A DNA stretch of 64,000 bases from positions 960,001 through 1,024,000 of the forward strand of contig CAVQHD010000001.1 of assembly GCA_963712275.1 (NCBI GenBank), in the 5' to 3' direction. Origin of the DNA: an uncultured Rhabdochlamydiaceae bacterium. Lineage in GTDB: Bacteria > Chlamydiota > Chlamydiia > Chlamydiales > Rhabdochlamydiaceae. A program made the translations under genes and the position numbers. Below are positions 36,836 to 45,683 of the stretch, piece after piece. Each line of letters starts with the position of its first letter. The first letter of the stretch is position 1. Under the pieces are notes generated by a model that was not told where the DNA came from, searched no databases, and saw nothing but the letters and a program-made list of their open reading frames with translations.

Positions 36836-38224
36836 GTGGAACTTGAGAAACTTCTCGCTCAGCCAGAATCTAAGACATTGGAATTTAAGAGGGACATGTC
36901 CTCTATGGATTCTATCCTTAAAACAATTGTTGCATTTGCCAACACGGCAGGAGGAATATTAATTATTGGACGTTCTATGGAAGGTGTTGAAGGGTTAAAA
37001 AACATTTTTAAAGCAGAGGAGGCGCTTGCCAACTCCATCGCTGATAGTATTCGTCCTTCTATTCTTCCTGAAATCGAAATTGCCAGTCTCGGCAGCAAAG
37101 ATTTGCTCGTGGTTAAGGTCTCTTATTGGAAAGCACCCTTTTATCTCAAGAAAGAAGGGGTGCCTGGTGGGGTTTATATTCGATTAGGGTCCACCAGCCG
37201 TCCTGCGAGCCCAGAGCTTTTAGCTGAGATGCAACGGTCTGTCTTAACATTGTCGTTTGATCAGCAGCCCATGCTGGAAGTATCTAAAGAAGCCTTGGAT
37301 GTGGATCATGTAGCCGAAGCTTTTAAAACCATTGGTAAAGTGGCTAATGAGGAAAAACTCCGATCTTTGGGAATTCTTGTTCGAGGATCTCATCGGCTTG
37401 CGCCTTCCATAGGAGGATTGATTCTCTTTGGACAAAAAACAGATCGAGGGCAGTTTGTCCCTGATGCGCGTGTCAGCTGCGCCCGCTTTCTCGGCGATAC
37501 TAAAAGCACTATTTTGGATCGGTACGAGGTGGATGGGACAATTTTAGATGCTGTGAATGAGGTTCCAAAATTTATCGCGCGTAATACCCGTCTAGCGGCT
37601 CGAATTGAAGGAATGCGAAGACAAGACATTCCTGAATATAATCCAATCGCTGTTCGAGAAACGTTGATCAACGCTCTTGTTCACGCGGACTATTCACTCA
37701 AAGGCTCCCATATTCAAGTCGCTATCTTCGACGATCGGTTGGAGATTCAAAATCCTGGCATGTTTCCCTTTGGTTTTACAATTGAAGATCTCAAAACAGG
37801 AGTGAGCCGAATACGAAACCGGGTTATTGCTCGTGTTTTTCGTGAGCTTCAATGGATGGAAGAGTGGGGAAGCGGCTACAAGCGGATTATTGAAGCATGC
37901 CAAAAAGGGGGATATCCCGAACCAGTATGGGAGGAATTTGGTACCACAATCCGTGTGACTTTTTATTCCCATTCTCTACCGTTTGTACTCAGAGAGCAGG
38001 GGCCTGAATGGGAAGAGGAGTTTATCGGAGAGCGGGAAAAGGCAATACTGCGCCTCTTCCGGAAGGGAGAAAAGATCCCTTTTCGCGAGATTTTTAAGCG
38101 ATTGGTACCCCGTATTTCTGAGAGGATGCTCCGCTATGATCTAGCCGAACTCAAGAGAAAGGGTTTTGTTGTTTCTCAAGGTAAAGGGCGAGCAATCGTC
38201 TGGCAGAGAGTGAAAGAAGGATAA
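36836..38224 (+). CDS. Schlafen/AlbA_2 domain + RecG-C-like ATP-binding domain + C-terminal HTH protein
   Basis: ESKTLEFK, AFANTAGG, RETLINALVHADY, IQNPG, RNRVIA, EEWGSG, C-terminal wHTH. Confidence 0.85.
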   Translation: MELEKLLAQPESKTLEFKRDMSSMDSILKTIVAFANTAGGILIIGRSMEGVEGLKNIFKAEEALANSIADSIRPSILPEIEIASLGSKDLLVVKVSYWKAPFYLKKEGVPGGVYIRLGSTSRPASPELLAEMQRSVLTLSFDQQPMLEVSKEALDVDHVAEAFKTIGKVANEEKLRSLGILVRGSHRLAPSIGGLILFGQKTDRGQFVPDARVSCARFLGDTKSTILDRYEVDGTILDAVNEVPKFIARNTRLAARIEGMRRQDIPEYNPIAVRETLINALVHADYSLKGSHIQVAIFDDRLEIQNPGMFPFGFTIEDLKTGVSRIRNRVIARVFRELQWMEEWGSGYKRIIEACQKGGYPEPVWEEFGTTIRVTFYSHSLPFVLREQGPEWEEEFIGEREKAILRLFRKGEKIPFREIFKRLVPRISERMLRYDLAELKRKGFVVSQGKGRAIVWQRVKEG

Positions 38225-38255
38225 TAATCTCGAAGAAATCTTTTAGGTATGCTTT

Positions 38256-39500
38256 CTAATCTCCGAATGTTTTTTTCAGCCATTCCTCCCAGTCAACTTC
38301 ATTTGCAGAAGTATCATTCGACGATTGTGAAGAGAAGTCGAGTTGGATCAAAGCTGGTAGGTTGCACAGCTCTGCGGGAAATGAAGAAATTTGATTGTGA
38401 GAGATCCAGAGGCCTTGTAGAGATGTTAAAGTGCAGACGATCGATGGGAAGGTCTTAAAGCGGTTGAAAGGGAGGAGAAGTCCTTTCAAAGCTGTTAGCT
38501 GAATAATCGTACTAGGAAGAGATGATAGTGCGTTATTGTAGAGAAAAAGACATTGCAAAGCCGTTAGTCCACCAATGGCATCAGGAAGCGATTCGATATG
38601 ACAACTGCCAAGCCGAAGCATTTGCAGACTTGTTAACTGACTTATAGAATCAGGAAATGTTGTCAAAGGATTATCAGAGAGGTCGAGTTCTTCTAAAGCT
38701 GTTAACTCACCAATCGTATTAGGGAGCGATCTTAGTAGATTCTTTTCGGCTTGGAGTTGTTTTAAAGCCGTTAGCTGACTTATGGAATCAGGAAGTGTTG
38801 TCAGAGAGTTATTAGAGATATAGAGTTCTTTTAAAGCTGTTAGCCTACCAATCACATTGGGGAGTAATGTAAGATGGAGATCTTCAAGATTGAGGTTTTC
38901 TAAAGCTGTTAATTTCCAGAGTTCTTTGGGAATTCTCTTCAGTTCGACGAAGTCAGAAATGGAGAAGTGATAACGATAGCGTATCCAAAGAAGAGTAATT
39001 TTTTCAATTGCTAGGGGATTATCGAATAGGGAGTGAATATCACTCCCCTTCTTTAAGATTGAAGGAATAGAGACGCTGTCCAGAGGGGCTAAAGCGTACT
39101 CATCTACGAATCGAAGTTTTTGATGGTGGAATAGAATGGTAGTTGTTGCATCGATGAGGCGTTCTGCATTCGCATACGAAGAAGGAGTGTGTAAATCGAT
39201 TCCAAGCTGGGAAGATATATCTGAAGTTTTAAATACTTGATCTACAACTTTAAGCTCTTGCAATAGTTGGTGATAAGCGGTGGCTTGGAACGTACAAGCA
39301 GAATCGACCTTTCCAATAAGCTCATTGGTGTGGGGAGATAGATACCGGCTGACTGAAGGGATGAGGCTCAGGTCTTGGCTGATTCGATAGAAACCTTTGG
39401 AGACAGCAGAGGTTAGGAGAGGGCTCTCTAAGTGCTTGAGAATCTCAAGAATCATGTCATCGGGAAGCTTATCAAAATAAGAGGGACGGGGTCGATTCAT
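38256..39500 (-). CDS. F-box + leucine-rich-repeat protein (eukaryote-like effector candidate)
   Basis: FDKLPDDMILEILKHL F-box; about nine 23-aa LRRs (LPxxIxxLTxLxxLxLxxN); ATG 39500. Confidence 0.85.
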   Translation of the reverse strand: MNRPRPSYFDKLPDDMILEILKHLESPLLTSAVSKGFYRISQDLSLIPSVSRYLSPHTNELIGKVDSACTFQATAYHQLLQELKVVDQVFKTSDISSQLGIDLHTPSSYANAERLIDATTTILFHHQKLRFVDEYALAPLDSVSIPSILKKGSDIHSLFDNPLAIEKITLLWIRYRYHFSISDFVELKRIPKELWKLTALENLNLEDLHLTLLPNVIGRLTALKELYISNNSLTTLPDSISQLTALKQLQAEKNLLRSLPNTIGELTALEELDLSDNPLTTFPDSISQLTSLQMLRLGSCHIESLPDAIGGLTALQCLFLYNNALSSLPSTIIQLTALKGLLLPFNRFKTFPSIVCTLTSLQGLWISHNQISSFPAELCNLPALIQLDFSSQSSNDTSANEVDWEEWLKKTFGD

Positions 39501-40000
39501 CCACCGGCATAAATTGTAAAGATTGAGGAGAGAAGGGTTGTAAATAGCAGGCGCGATGTAGAAAAAATGGCAAGAGACGCTGCTGTAGCCAGTTGCGCGA
39601 CATGGCAAGCTGTATCCCAGGAAGTGCTCTTGTAGCTTTTGCATAATCGCTCGAAAGAAATTCTAACTTTCTTGAAGGTTTTTGTATTTTGATATTGAGG
39701 GTAAATTATCATCGCCGCCTTTTTTATCAGGAACGTGGAGCTGATGATAATCATCAGTAATCCTACTGCCTTGTTCGCTCGCAAAGAGGCAGGGAGAGGG
39801 AAAGAAACTCTTGGAAGAAGCGGCTGGCATAGGTGACCTACACTTGCGCAAGTGATTGCTGTTTGAATGAATGTGAAATACCGGTTGATTTTAGTAGTCA
39901 TTTCAGGAGTCGCAAAAGAGTGGAGGAGTGTATCGGAAAGAGTGGTGATGACCCATGTTGATTGAAAAAAGAGATTAACAGAAAAGGTTACTCTTGACAT
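39497..40000 (-). CDS. Hypothetical multi-pass membrane protein
   Basis: Several hydrophobic segments; ATGA overlap with the F-box gene; start uncertain. Confidence 0.5.
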   Translation of the reverse strand: MSRVTFSVNLFFQSTWVITTLSDTLLHSFATPEMTTKINRYFTFIQTAITCASVGHLCQPLLPRVSFPLPASLRANKAVGLLMIIISSTFLIKKAAMIIYPQYQNTKTFKKVRISFERLCKSYKSTSWDTACHVAQLATAASLAIFSTSRLLFTTLLSSIFTIYAGG

Positions 40001-40421
40001 CTCTTGCTCTAGACAGAATTTTAACTGCTTCTTCCTGCATTTTTTTAAAGAGGCTGGAAAGCCCATTGGAGCGGGCAGGGGAAAGGGCATGGTGAAGCCC
40101 GATTTCTTTGAGGAAAAGCGGCGGAACTTTGAAGAGAGTCTCAGGAGGGGTTCCTGAGTAGACTTCAATGAGAAGGGCGGCAAGACCCTTGGAAATGAGG
40201 GCTTCTGAGTCGGCGTTAAAGTAAATCAGCCCATCGCGCATTTCAACTTCAAGGTAAAGAAGACTTTGACAACCTGAAACGAGGTTCTGCTCCGTACGGG
40301 CGGTAGGGGAAAGGGGAGGGAGCTGTCGTCCCATTTCAATAATTTTTTCATACTTTTCTTCCGGGGACGAAAAAGACAAAAAAATCTCTTTTAATTTTTG
40401 CTGTTTCTCTAAGGCAGCCAT
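39975..40421 (-). CDS. sufE: SufE family sulfur-transfer protein
   Basis: VSGCQS, DSEALISKGLAALL, LSPARSNG. Confidence 0.9.
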   Translation of the reverse strand: MAALEKQQKLKEIFLSFSSPEEKYEKIIEMGRQLPPLSPTARTEQNLVSGCQSLLYLEVEMRDGLIYFNADSEALISKGLAALLIEVYSGTPPETLFKVPPLFLKEIGLHHALSPARSNGLSSLFKKMQEEAVKILSRARDVKSNLFC

Positions 40422-40503
40422 GCAGACTATGATATCGTAATGTAGATTAGAGTTGAAATGGTTCTTTTAGAATAATCCGAAGGTTTGCTAAGATCACCGC
40501 CAT

Positions 40504-40589
40504 GAACCTACCCTGGTAAAAAATTTTAGTCGATTTTCGGGTCAAAATAATCCCGCAAATCGACTGAAATCTTTTACCAGGGTAGGTTC
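40504..40589. repeat. Short palindromic element (family A derivative)
   Basis: GAACCTACCCTGGTAAAA...TTTTACCAGGGTAGGTTC enclosing GTCGATTTTCGGGTCAAAATAATCCCGCAAATCGAC, shared with 36363-36534. Confidence 0.8.
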
Positions 40590-40608
40590 GTCGTTTACCC
40601 AGAGAATT

Positions 40609-40827
40609 ATGCCTAAAGAAGATACAATTAAAATCGATGGAAGTGTCGAAGAGCTCCTTCCGAACATGCATTTTCGCGTGTCGCTTCAAAACGGAATGAA
40701 AGTGATTGCCCACCTGTGTGGAAAAATGAGAATGCGCAATATTCGCGTTTTAGTGGGTGATGTCGTCACGGTGGAAATGTCGCCTTACGACTTGACCAAA
40801 GCCCGAATTATTTATCGTCAAAAATAA
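40609..40827 (+). CDS. infA: Translation initiation factor IF-1
   Basis: [28 protein letters not shown]. Confidence 0.97.
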   Translation: MPKEDTIKIDGSVEELLPNMHFRVSLQNGMKVIAHLCGKMRMRNIRVLVGDVVTVEMSPYDLTKARIIYRQK

Positions 40828-40896
40828 TTTTAATCACTTATCCCTTGAATTTATTTAGTTTGCAAAGTATGCTAGGCCCCTTTAGAAGCTGTCTTG

Positions 40897-41036
40897 AAAC
40901 TCAGGTTTCATCGCTTTTTGGAGGATTTTTGGCCGATTTTCGATTCAAATGTCAGGGGTTATATACGCAAGTTGATATGACCCCCGACATTTGAATCGAA
41001 AATTGGCTCAAAAGAACCCCAAAATCGACAGAAGCT
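40897..41036. repeat. Diverged palindromic element (family A)
   Basis: AAACTCAGGTT...GCCGATTTTCGATTCAAATGTCAGGGGTTATAT-loop-ATATGACCCCCGACATTTGAATCGAAAATTGGC...AAAATCGAC. Confidence 0.75.
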
Positions 41037-41204
41037 TAATTCAATGTCGGTCCCGGAAGAGAGTTCTGGCGAATTGATTTGAACGAGGCCTCAGTTTTGA
41101 GTTCGTAGAGGGCAGCCCCGGAGCTTTCTTGGCAGACTATATGCCCCAGATTGTGGAATATCGAATGAGCCCAGAATGAGTCCAGGTGGCCCAGATGGCT
41201 CGGA

Positions 41205-41276
41205 GCCCAGGTAGCTCAGTGGTAGAGCACTTGCATGGTAAGCAAGTGGTCGTAGGTTCAATTCCTATCTTGGGCA
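41205..41276 (+). tRNA. tRNA-Thr(GGT)
   Basis: Cloverleaf; anticodon arm CTTGC-ATGGTAA-GCAAG; GTTCAATTC T-loop. Confidence 0.93.
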
Positions 41277-41318
41277 TAGAAATAGGCGCCTGGTATAAAA
41301 TTTAAATGGAGAAATTGA

Positions 41319-42503
41319 ATGGCAAAGGAAAAATTTCAAAGAAATAAGCCTCACGTCAATATTGGAACCATTGGTCACGTTGACCATGGAAAAACCTCTC
41401 TAACGGCTGCAATCACAAAAGTGCTCGCAAGTCAGGGAAAGGCAAAATTTCGTGGATATGAAACAATTGACAGTGCGCCCGAGGAAAAAGCTCGCGGGAT
41501 TACCATCAATGCCACCCACGTTGAATACGAAACCGATAAAAGACATTATGCTCACGTTGACTGCCCAGGCCACGCTGACTATGTGAAGAACATGATCACT
41601 GGTGCTGCGCAAATGGACGGAGCGATTCTCGTTGTGGCAGCAACAGATGGTGCGATGCCTCAAACAAAAGAACATATTCTTCTCGCACGGCAAGTCGGTG
41701 TTCCTGCGATTGTAGTTTTCCTCAATAAAATGGACATGATTGGCAAAGGGGATGAAGAGCTTGTGGATCTCGTTGAGATGGAACTCATAGAACTTCTGGA
41801 GTCTAAGGGATATAAAGATGTTCCTATTATTCGAGGCTCTGCCTTAAAAGCTCTTGAAGGTGATCCTCAATATGTTGAAAGCATCAATAAGTTAATGGAA
41901 GCCGTGGATGAAAAAATCCCGACTCCAGTACGTGAGACAGACAAGCCATTTTTAATGCCGATTGAGGACGTCTTCTCTATTTCTGGACGAGGAACTGTCG
42001 CAACAGGACGTGTTGAGCGCGGGATTGTGAAAGTCAACGATAAGCTTCAACTTGTCGGCCTTCGTGAGACACGTGAGACAGTGGTCACAGGCATTGAAAT
42101 GTTCAACCAGATTCTCGATGAAGGCCGAGCAGGAGAAAACGTCGGAATCCTTCTTCGGGGTCTTGAGAAAGATGATGTTGAGCGTGGAATGGTTCTTGTC
42201 GCCCCAGGGACTTGCAAGCCTCATAAAAAGTTCAAAGGGGCTGTCTACGTTCTGACGAAAGACGAAGGCGGCAGACACAAGCCTTTTTTCAAAGGGTACC
42301 GTCCTCAATTCTACTTCCGTACGACAGACGTAACTGGCAGTGTCACTCTCCCTGAAGGGACAGAGATGGTAATGCCGGGAGATAATGTTGAGATTGAAGG
42401 GGAGCTCCTTGTGCCGATTGCTATGGAAGAGGGAATGCGATTTGCGATTCGTGAAGGCGGCCGTACAATCGGGGCTGGAACGGTTACGAAAATCCTTGAC
42501 TAA
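41319..42503 (+). CDS. tuf: Elongation factor Tu
   Basis: [27 protein letters not shown]. Confidence 0.99.
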   Translation: MAKEKFQRNKPHVNIGTIGHVDHGKTSLTAAITKVLASQGKAKFRGYETIDSAPEEKARGITINATHVEYETDKRHYAHVDCPGHADYVKNMITGAAQMDGAILVVAATDGAMPQTKEHILLARQVGVPAIVVFLNKMDMIGKGDEELVDLVEMELIELLESKGYKDVPIIRGSALKALEGDPQYVESINKLMEAVDEKIPTPVRETDKPFLMPIEDVFSISGRGTVATGRVERGIVKVNDKLQLVGLRETRETVVTGIEMFNQILDEGRAGENVGILLRGLEKDDVERGMVLVAPGTCKPHKKFKGAVYVLTKDEGGRHKPFFKGYRPQFYFRTTDVTGSVTLPEGTEMVMPGDNVEIEGELLVPIAMEEGMRFAIREGGRTIGAGTVTKILD

Positions 42504-42533
42504 GGAATGCTTTTGGGGAGCTCTGCTCCTCAT

Positions 42534-42606
42534 GGGTGTGTAGCTCAGCTGGTAGAGCAGCGATCTCCAAAGTCGCGGGCCGGGGGTTCGAATCCCTCCG
42601 CACTCG
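42534..42606 (+). tRNA. tRNA-Trp(CCA)
   Basis: Anticodon arm GCGAT-CTCCAAA-GTCGC; GTTCGAATC; canonical position between tuf and secE. Confidence 0.93.
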
Positions 42607-42626
42607 ATACAAAGAAGTAGGTAGAG

Positions 42627-42890
42627 ATGGGAGTTCAGGTGGACAAGCTCGAGTCTTCTTCAGAAGTGCCGAAGACAGGGGATTCGCGGGCTCGGAAAAT
42701 AGGTTTCTTGCAAGAGCTCAAAAGTGAGTTTAGGCAGGTGACATGGACAACAAAAGATGAGCTTGTGATGTTCACCAAAATTGTAATGGGTGCGACATTT
42801 GCTTTTGGCCTGAGCATTTATGGAGTTGATCTTCTCATCAAAGGTTGTTTAACGGGTTTTAAAATAGTCCTGCGCTTGATTTTTGGGTAA
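42627..42890 (+). CDS. secE: Preprotein translocase subunit SecE
   Basis: ELKSEFRQVTWTTK followed by a TM helix; position. Confidence 0.9.
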   Translation: MGVQVDKLESSSEVPKTGDSRARKIGFLQELKSEFRQVTWTTKDELVMFTKIVMGATFAFGLSIYGVDLLIKGCLTGFKIVLRLIFG

Positions 42891-42893
42891 AAC

Positions 42894-43433
42894 ATGCATA
42901 ATTGGTACGTTGTACAGGTGATTTCAAGTCACGAAAAGAAAGTTAAGAAAGCCATTGAAGAGCATCGTGAGTCTCAAGGGATGACCGGTTTAATCGGCGA
43001 TATTCTCGTTCCAACAGAGAATGTTGCAGAGGTTAAACGTGGGCAGCAGAGGGTGAGCGAAAAGCGTCTGTGGCCCGGCTATATTTTAGTGAATATGGAA
43101 TTGACAGATGAATCGTGGATGTATGTCAAAAATACCAATGGAGTGATTGGCTTTTTAGGGGGAGAAAAACCGATGCCGCTTCCTCAACAAGAGGTTGATT
43201 CAATCCTCTCCGAGTTAGAGGAAAAGCGGCAAGGTGTGGTCCATAAACACAACATTCAAGCGGGAGATCGAGTCAAAATTAATGACGGCGTGTTTGTCAA
43301 TTTCACAGGGGTTGTTCAGGAAGTGTTCCATGATAAAGGACGCCTCAGTGTTCTCGTCTCTATTTTTGGCCGCGACACCCGTGTCGATGACCTGGAATTT
43401 TGGCAAGTCGAACAAGTACTTCAAGAAGCTTAG
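42894..43433 (+). CDS. nusG: Transcription factor NusG
   Basis: WYVVQV, PGYILV, KOW motif, VSIFGR. Confidence 0.97.
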   Translation: MHNWYVVQVISSHEKKVKKAIEEHRESQGMTGLIGDILVPTENVAEVKRGQQRVSEKRLWPGYILVNMELTDESWMYVKNTNGVIGFLGGEKPMPLPQQEVDSILSELEEKRQGVVHKHNIQAGDRVKINDGVFVNFTGVVQEVFHDKGRLSVLVSIFGRDTRVDDLEFWQVEQVLQEA

Positions 43434-43482
43434 GACCCGTAAATGAATAACTTCATCAAACTAGAAAGATAAAGAGAAAACT

Positions 43483-43911
43483 ATGGCAAAAAAAGTTGTC
43501 AAAATCATCAAATTGCAAATTCCTGCGGGAAAAGCAAATCCGGCTCCTCCAATTGGACCTGCGCTCGGCGCTGCCAAGGTCAATATCATGGCCTTCTGCA
43601 AGGAGTTTAATGCGAAAACGCAAGCCCAAGCGGGCGATATTTTACCTGTGGAGATTTCTGTTTATGCCGATAACTCTTTCACATTTATCACCAAGCAATC
43701 GCCGGTTTCTCGGCTGATCTTAAAAGAGGTTGGAATTGAATCGGGCTCGAAGGTGCCAAATCGAGATAAAGTGGGGAAGATGAAGAAGTCACAGGTGAAA
43801 AAAATTGCCGAGCAGAAAATGTCAGATATGCGTGTACGTAGTCTGGAGGCAGCAATGCAGCTTGTAATGGGAACTGCCCGCTCCATGGGAGTGGATATTA
43901 TCGAAGGATAA
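43483..43911 (+). CDS. rplK: 50S ribosomal protein L11
   Basis: [28 protein letters not shown]. Confidence 0.98.
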   Translation: MAKKVVKIIKLQIPAGKANPAPPIGPALGAAKVNIMAFCKEFNAKTQAQAGDILPVEISVYADNSFTFITKQSPVSRLILKEVGIESGSKVPNRDKVGKMKKSQVKKIAEQKMSDMRVRSLEAAMQLVMGTARSMGVDIIEG

Positions 43912-43914
43912 ACT

Positions 43915-44607
43915 ATGAAAAGTAAACGGAATCGGGAGATCGCTACCCTCGTCGATAAACACAAGGTTTATAAGATTGAAGAAGCGATCGATATTTTGAA
44001 AAAGGCTCTGCCGGTCAAGTTTGATCAATCGGTGGATCTGGCGCTGAAGACTGGAGTTGATATCCAAAAATCAGACCAACAAGTACGAGGCATTGTCTCA
44101 TTACCGAATGGGACAGGCAAAAAACTGAGGGTTCTTGTCATTGCAAAAGGAGACAAAGTCAAAGAAGCTCTAGATGCAGGCGCCGATTACGCTGGGCATG
44201 ATGACCTTGTTGAAAAGATTAAAGAAGGATGGGTCGATTTTGATGCAGTGATTGCAACACCGGACATGATGCGCGACGTTGGAAAACTTGGGAAAGTGCT
44301 AGGGCCTCGCAATCTGATGCCGAGTCCAAAGGCAGGAACTGTCACCACTGATATCGCCTCGGCTGTCCGTGAAGTTAAAGCAGGACGTATTGAATTTAAG
44401 ACCGATAAATTTGGCGTGATCAGCAATGGGATTGGAAAATTGTCATTTTCTAAAGAAAAATTGATTGAAAATGCAAAAGTTTTTATCTCCGCTATTGCAA
44501 GAGCAAGACCTGCAACGACGAAAGGTCACTATCTGATTTCTTTAGCGATTTCTTCGACAATGGGACCTGGTCTTAAAATTGATATGAGCGGACTCCAGGA
44601 GGGTTAA
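43915..44607 (+). CDS. rplA: 50S ribosomal protein L1
   Basis: [28 protein letters not shown]. Confidence 0.98.
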   Translation: MKSKRNREIATLVDKHKVYKIEEAIDILKKALPVKFDQSVDLALKTGVDIQKSDQQVRGIVSLPNGTGKKLRVLVIAKGDKVKEALDAGADYAGHDDLVEKIKEGWVDFDAVIATPDMMRDVGKLGKVLGPRNLMPSPKAGTVTTDIASAVREVKAGRIEFKTDKFGVISNGIGKLSFSKEKLIENAKVFISAIARARPATTKGHYLISLAISSTMGPGLKIDMSGLQEG

Positions 44608-44610
44608 TCG

Positions 44611-45120
44611 ATGCGACAAGAAAAACAACTACTTCTCGATGATATTCGAGATAAAATTGCTGAATCAAAAGGGTTTATCTTGACGCGTTATCACAAGATG
44701 AATCCTAACATGGCTTCCCAGTTTCGGTTTGACCTTCACAAGGCAGGCGGAGATTTCGAAGTGATGCGCAAAAGGATCCTCCTGAAGGCTGCAGAGGCCG
44801 CAGGGCTAACGTTAGATGCAGCTCAGCTTGAAGGCCATATTGCCGTTGTATTTTCAATGCAAGACCTTCTCCAAACCGCTAAAGCTGTTTTCAAATTCAA
44901 AACAGATAACGAAGAAGTGCTTGAAGTCATTGGCGGACGGTTTGAAGGGAAGCTTTACTCTGCAAAAGATGTCGAAGCCCTTTCCAAACTTCCAACCAAA
45001 CCTGAAATGCAAGCTCAGCTCCTTGGACTCTTTGAAGCAGTGCCTTCACAGCTCCTTGGCGTTATTGATGCGCTGCTGACTAGCACTCTTCACTGCCTAG
45101 ACAATAAAGACAAAAAATAA
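44611..45120 (+). CDS. rplJ: 50S ribosomal protein L10
   Basis: Position, size, ALSKLPT motif. Confidence 0.93.
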   Translation: MRQEKQLLLDDIRDKIAESKGFILTRYHKMNPNMASQFRFDLHKAGGDFEVMRKRILLKAAEAAGLTLDAAQLEGHIAVVFSMQDLLQTAKAVFKFKTDNEEVLEVIGGRFEGKLYSAKDVEALSKLPTKPEMQAQLLGLFEAVPSQLLGVIDALLTSTLHCLDNKDKK

Positions 45121-45131
45121 AGAGGTAAACC

Positions 45132-45518
45132 GTGAGTAAAACATTAGAACAACTCGTTGATGATTTAAGCACACTCAGTGTGCTTGACATGTCGAAATTA
45201 AAGACTCTGCTTGAAGAAAAATGGGGCGTTAAAGCAGCAGCAGCACCCATGATGATGGCAGCAGCTCCTGCTGCAGGCGCAGCTCCTGCCGCAGAGTCGA
45301 CTGAATTCCAAATCACTCTAGAAAAGACAGCTGATGACAAAAAAATCGGAGTGATTAAAGCAGTTCGAGAAATCACAGGACTAGGGCTCAAAGAAGCAAA
45401 AGATCTCGTTGATGGAGCCCCAAAGGTTCTCAAGCCATCTTGTAACAAAGCTGAAGCAGATGAAATCTCGAAAAAGATTACAGCTGCAAATGGCCAAGTG
45501 ACCGTTAAAGGTTTGTAA
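45132..45518 (+). CDS. rplL: 50S ribosomal protein L7/L12
   Basis: Ala-rich hinge, [23 protein letters not shown]. Confidence 0.97.
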   Translation: MSKTLEQLVDDLSTLSVLDMSKLKTLLEEKWGVKAAAAPMMMAAAPAAGAAPAAESTEFQITLEKTADDKKIGVIKAVREITGLGLKEAKDLVDGAPKVLKPSCNKAEADEISKKITAANGQVTVKGL

Positions 45519-45540
45519 AACAGGAGAGTCATCTCTCTCG

Positions 45541-45603
45541 TTCTCTGTGTCTCTGTGTTTATTGATTTTGTTTTTATCACAGAGACCACAGAGACACAGA
45601 GAA
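45541..45603. repeat. CACAGAG-type inverted repeat (family B) between rplL and rpoB
   Basis: TTCTCTGTGTCTCTGTG ... CACAGAGACACAGAGAA (17-bp arms). Confidence 0.7.
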
Positions 45604-45683
45604 AATCTGTTTTTAAGGGTTCAAACAGTCGATTTAAGCATTTTAAAGAGGCTGTTTAGACATTTTAAAAGGAGCGATTGGCG

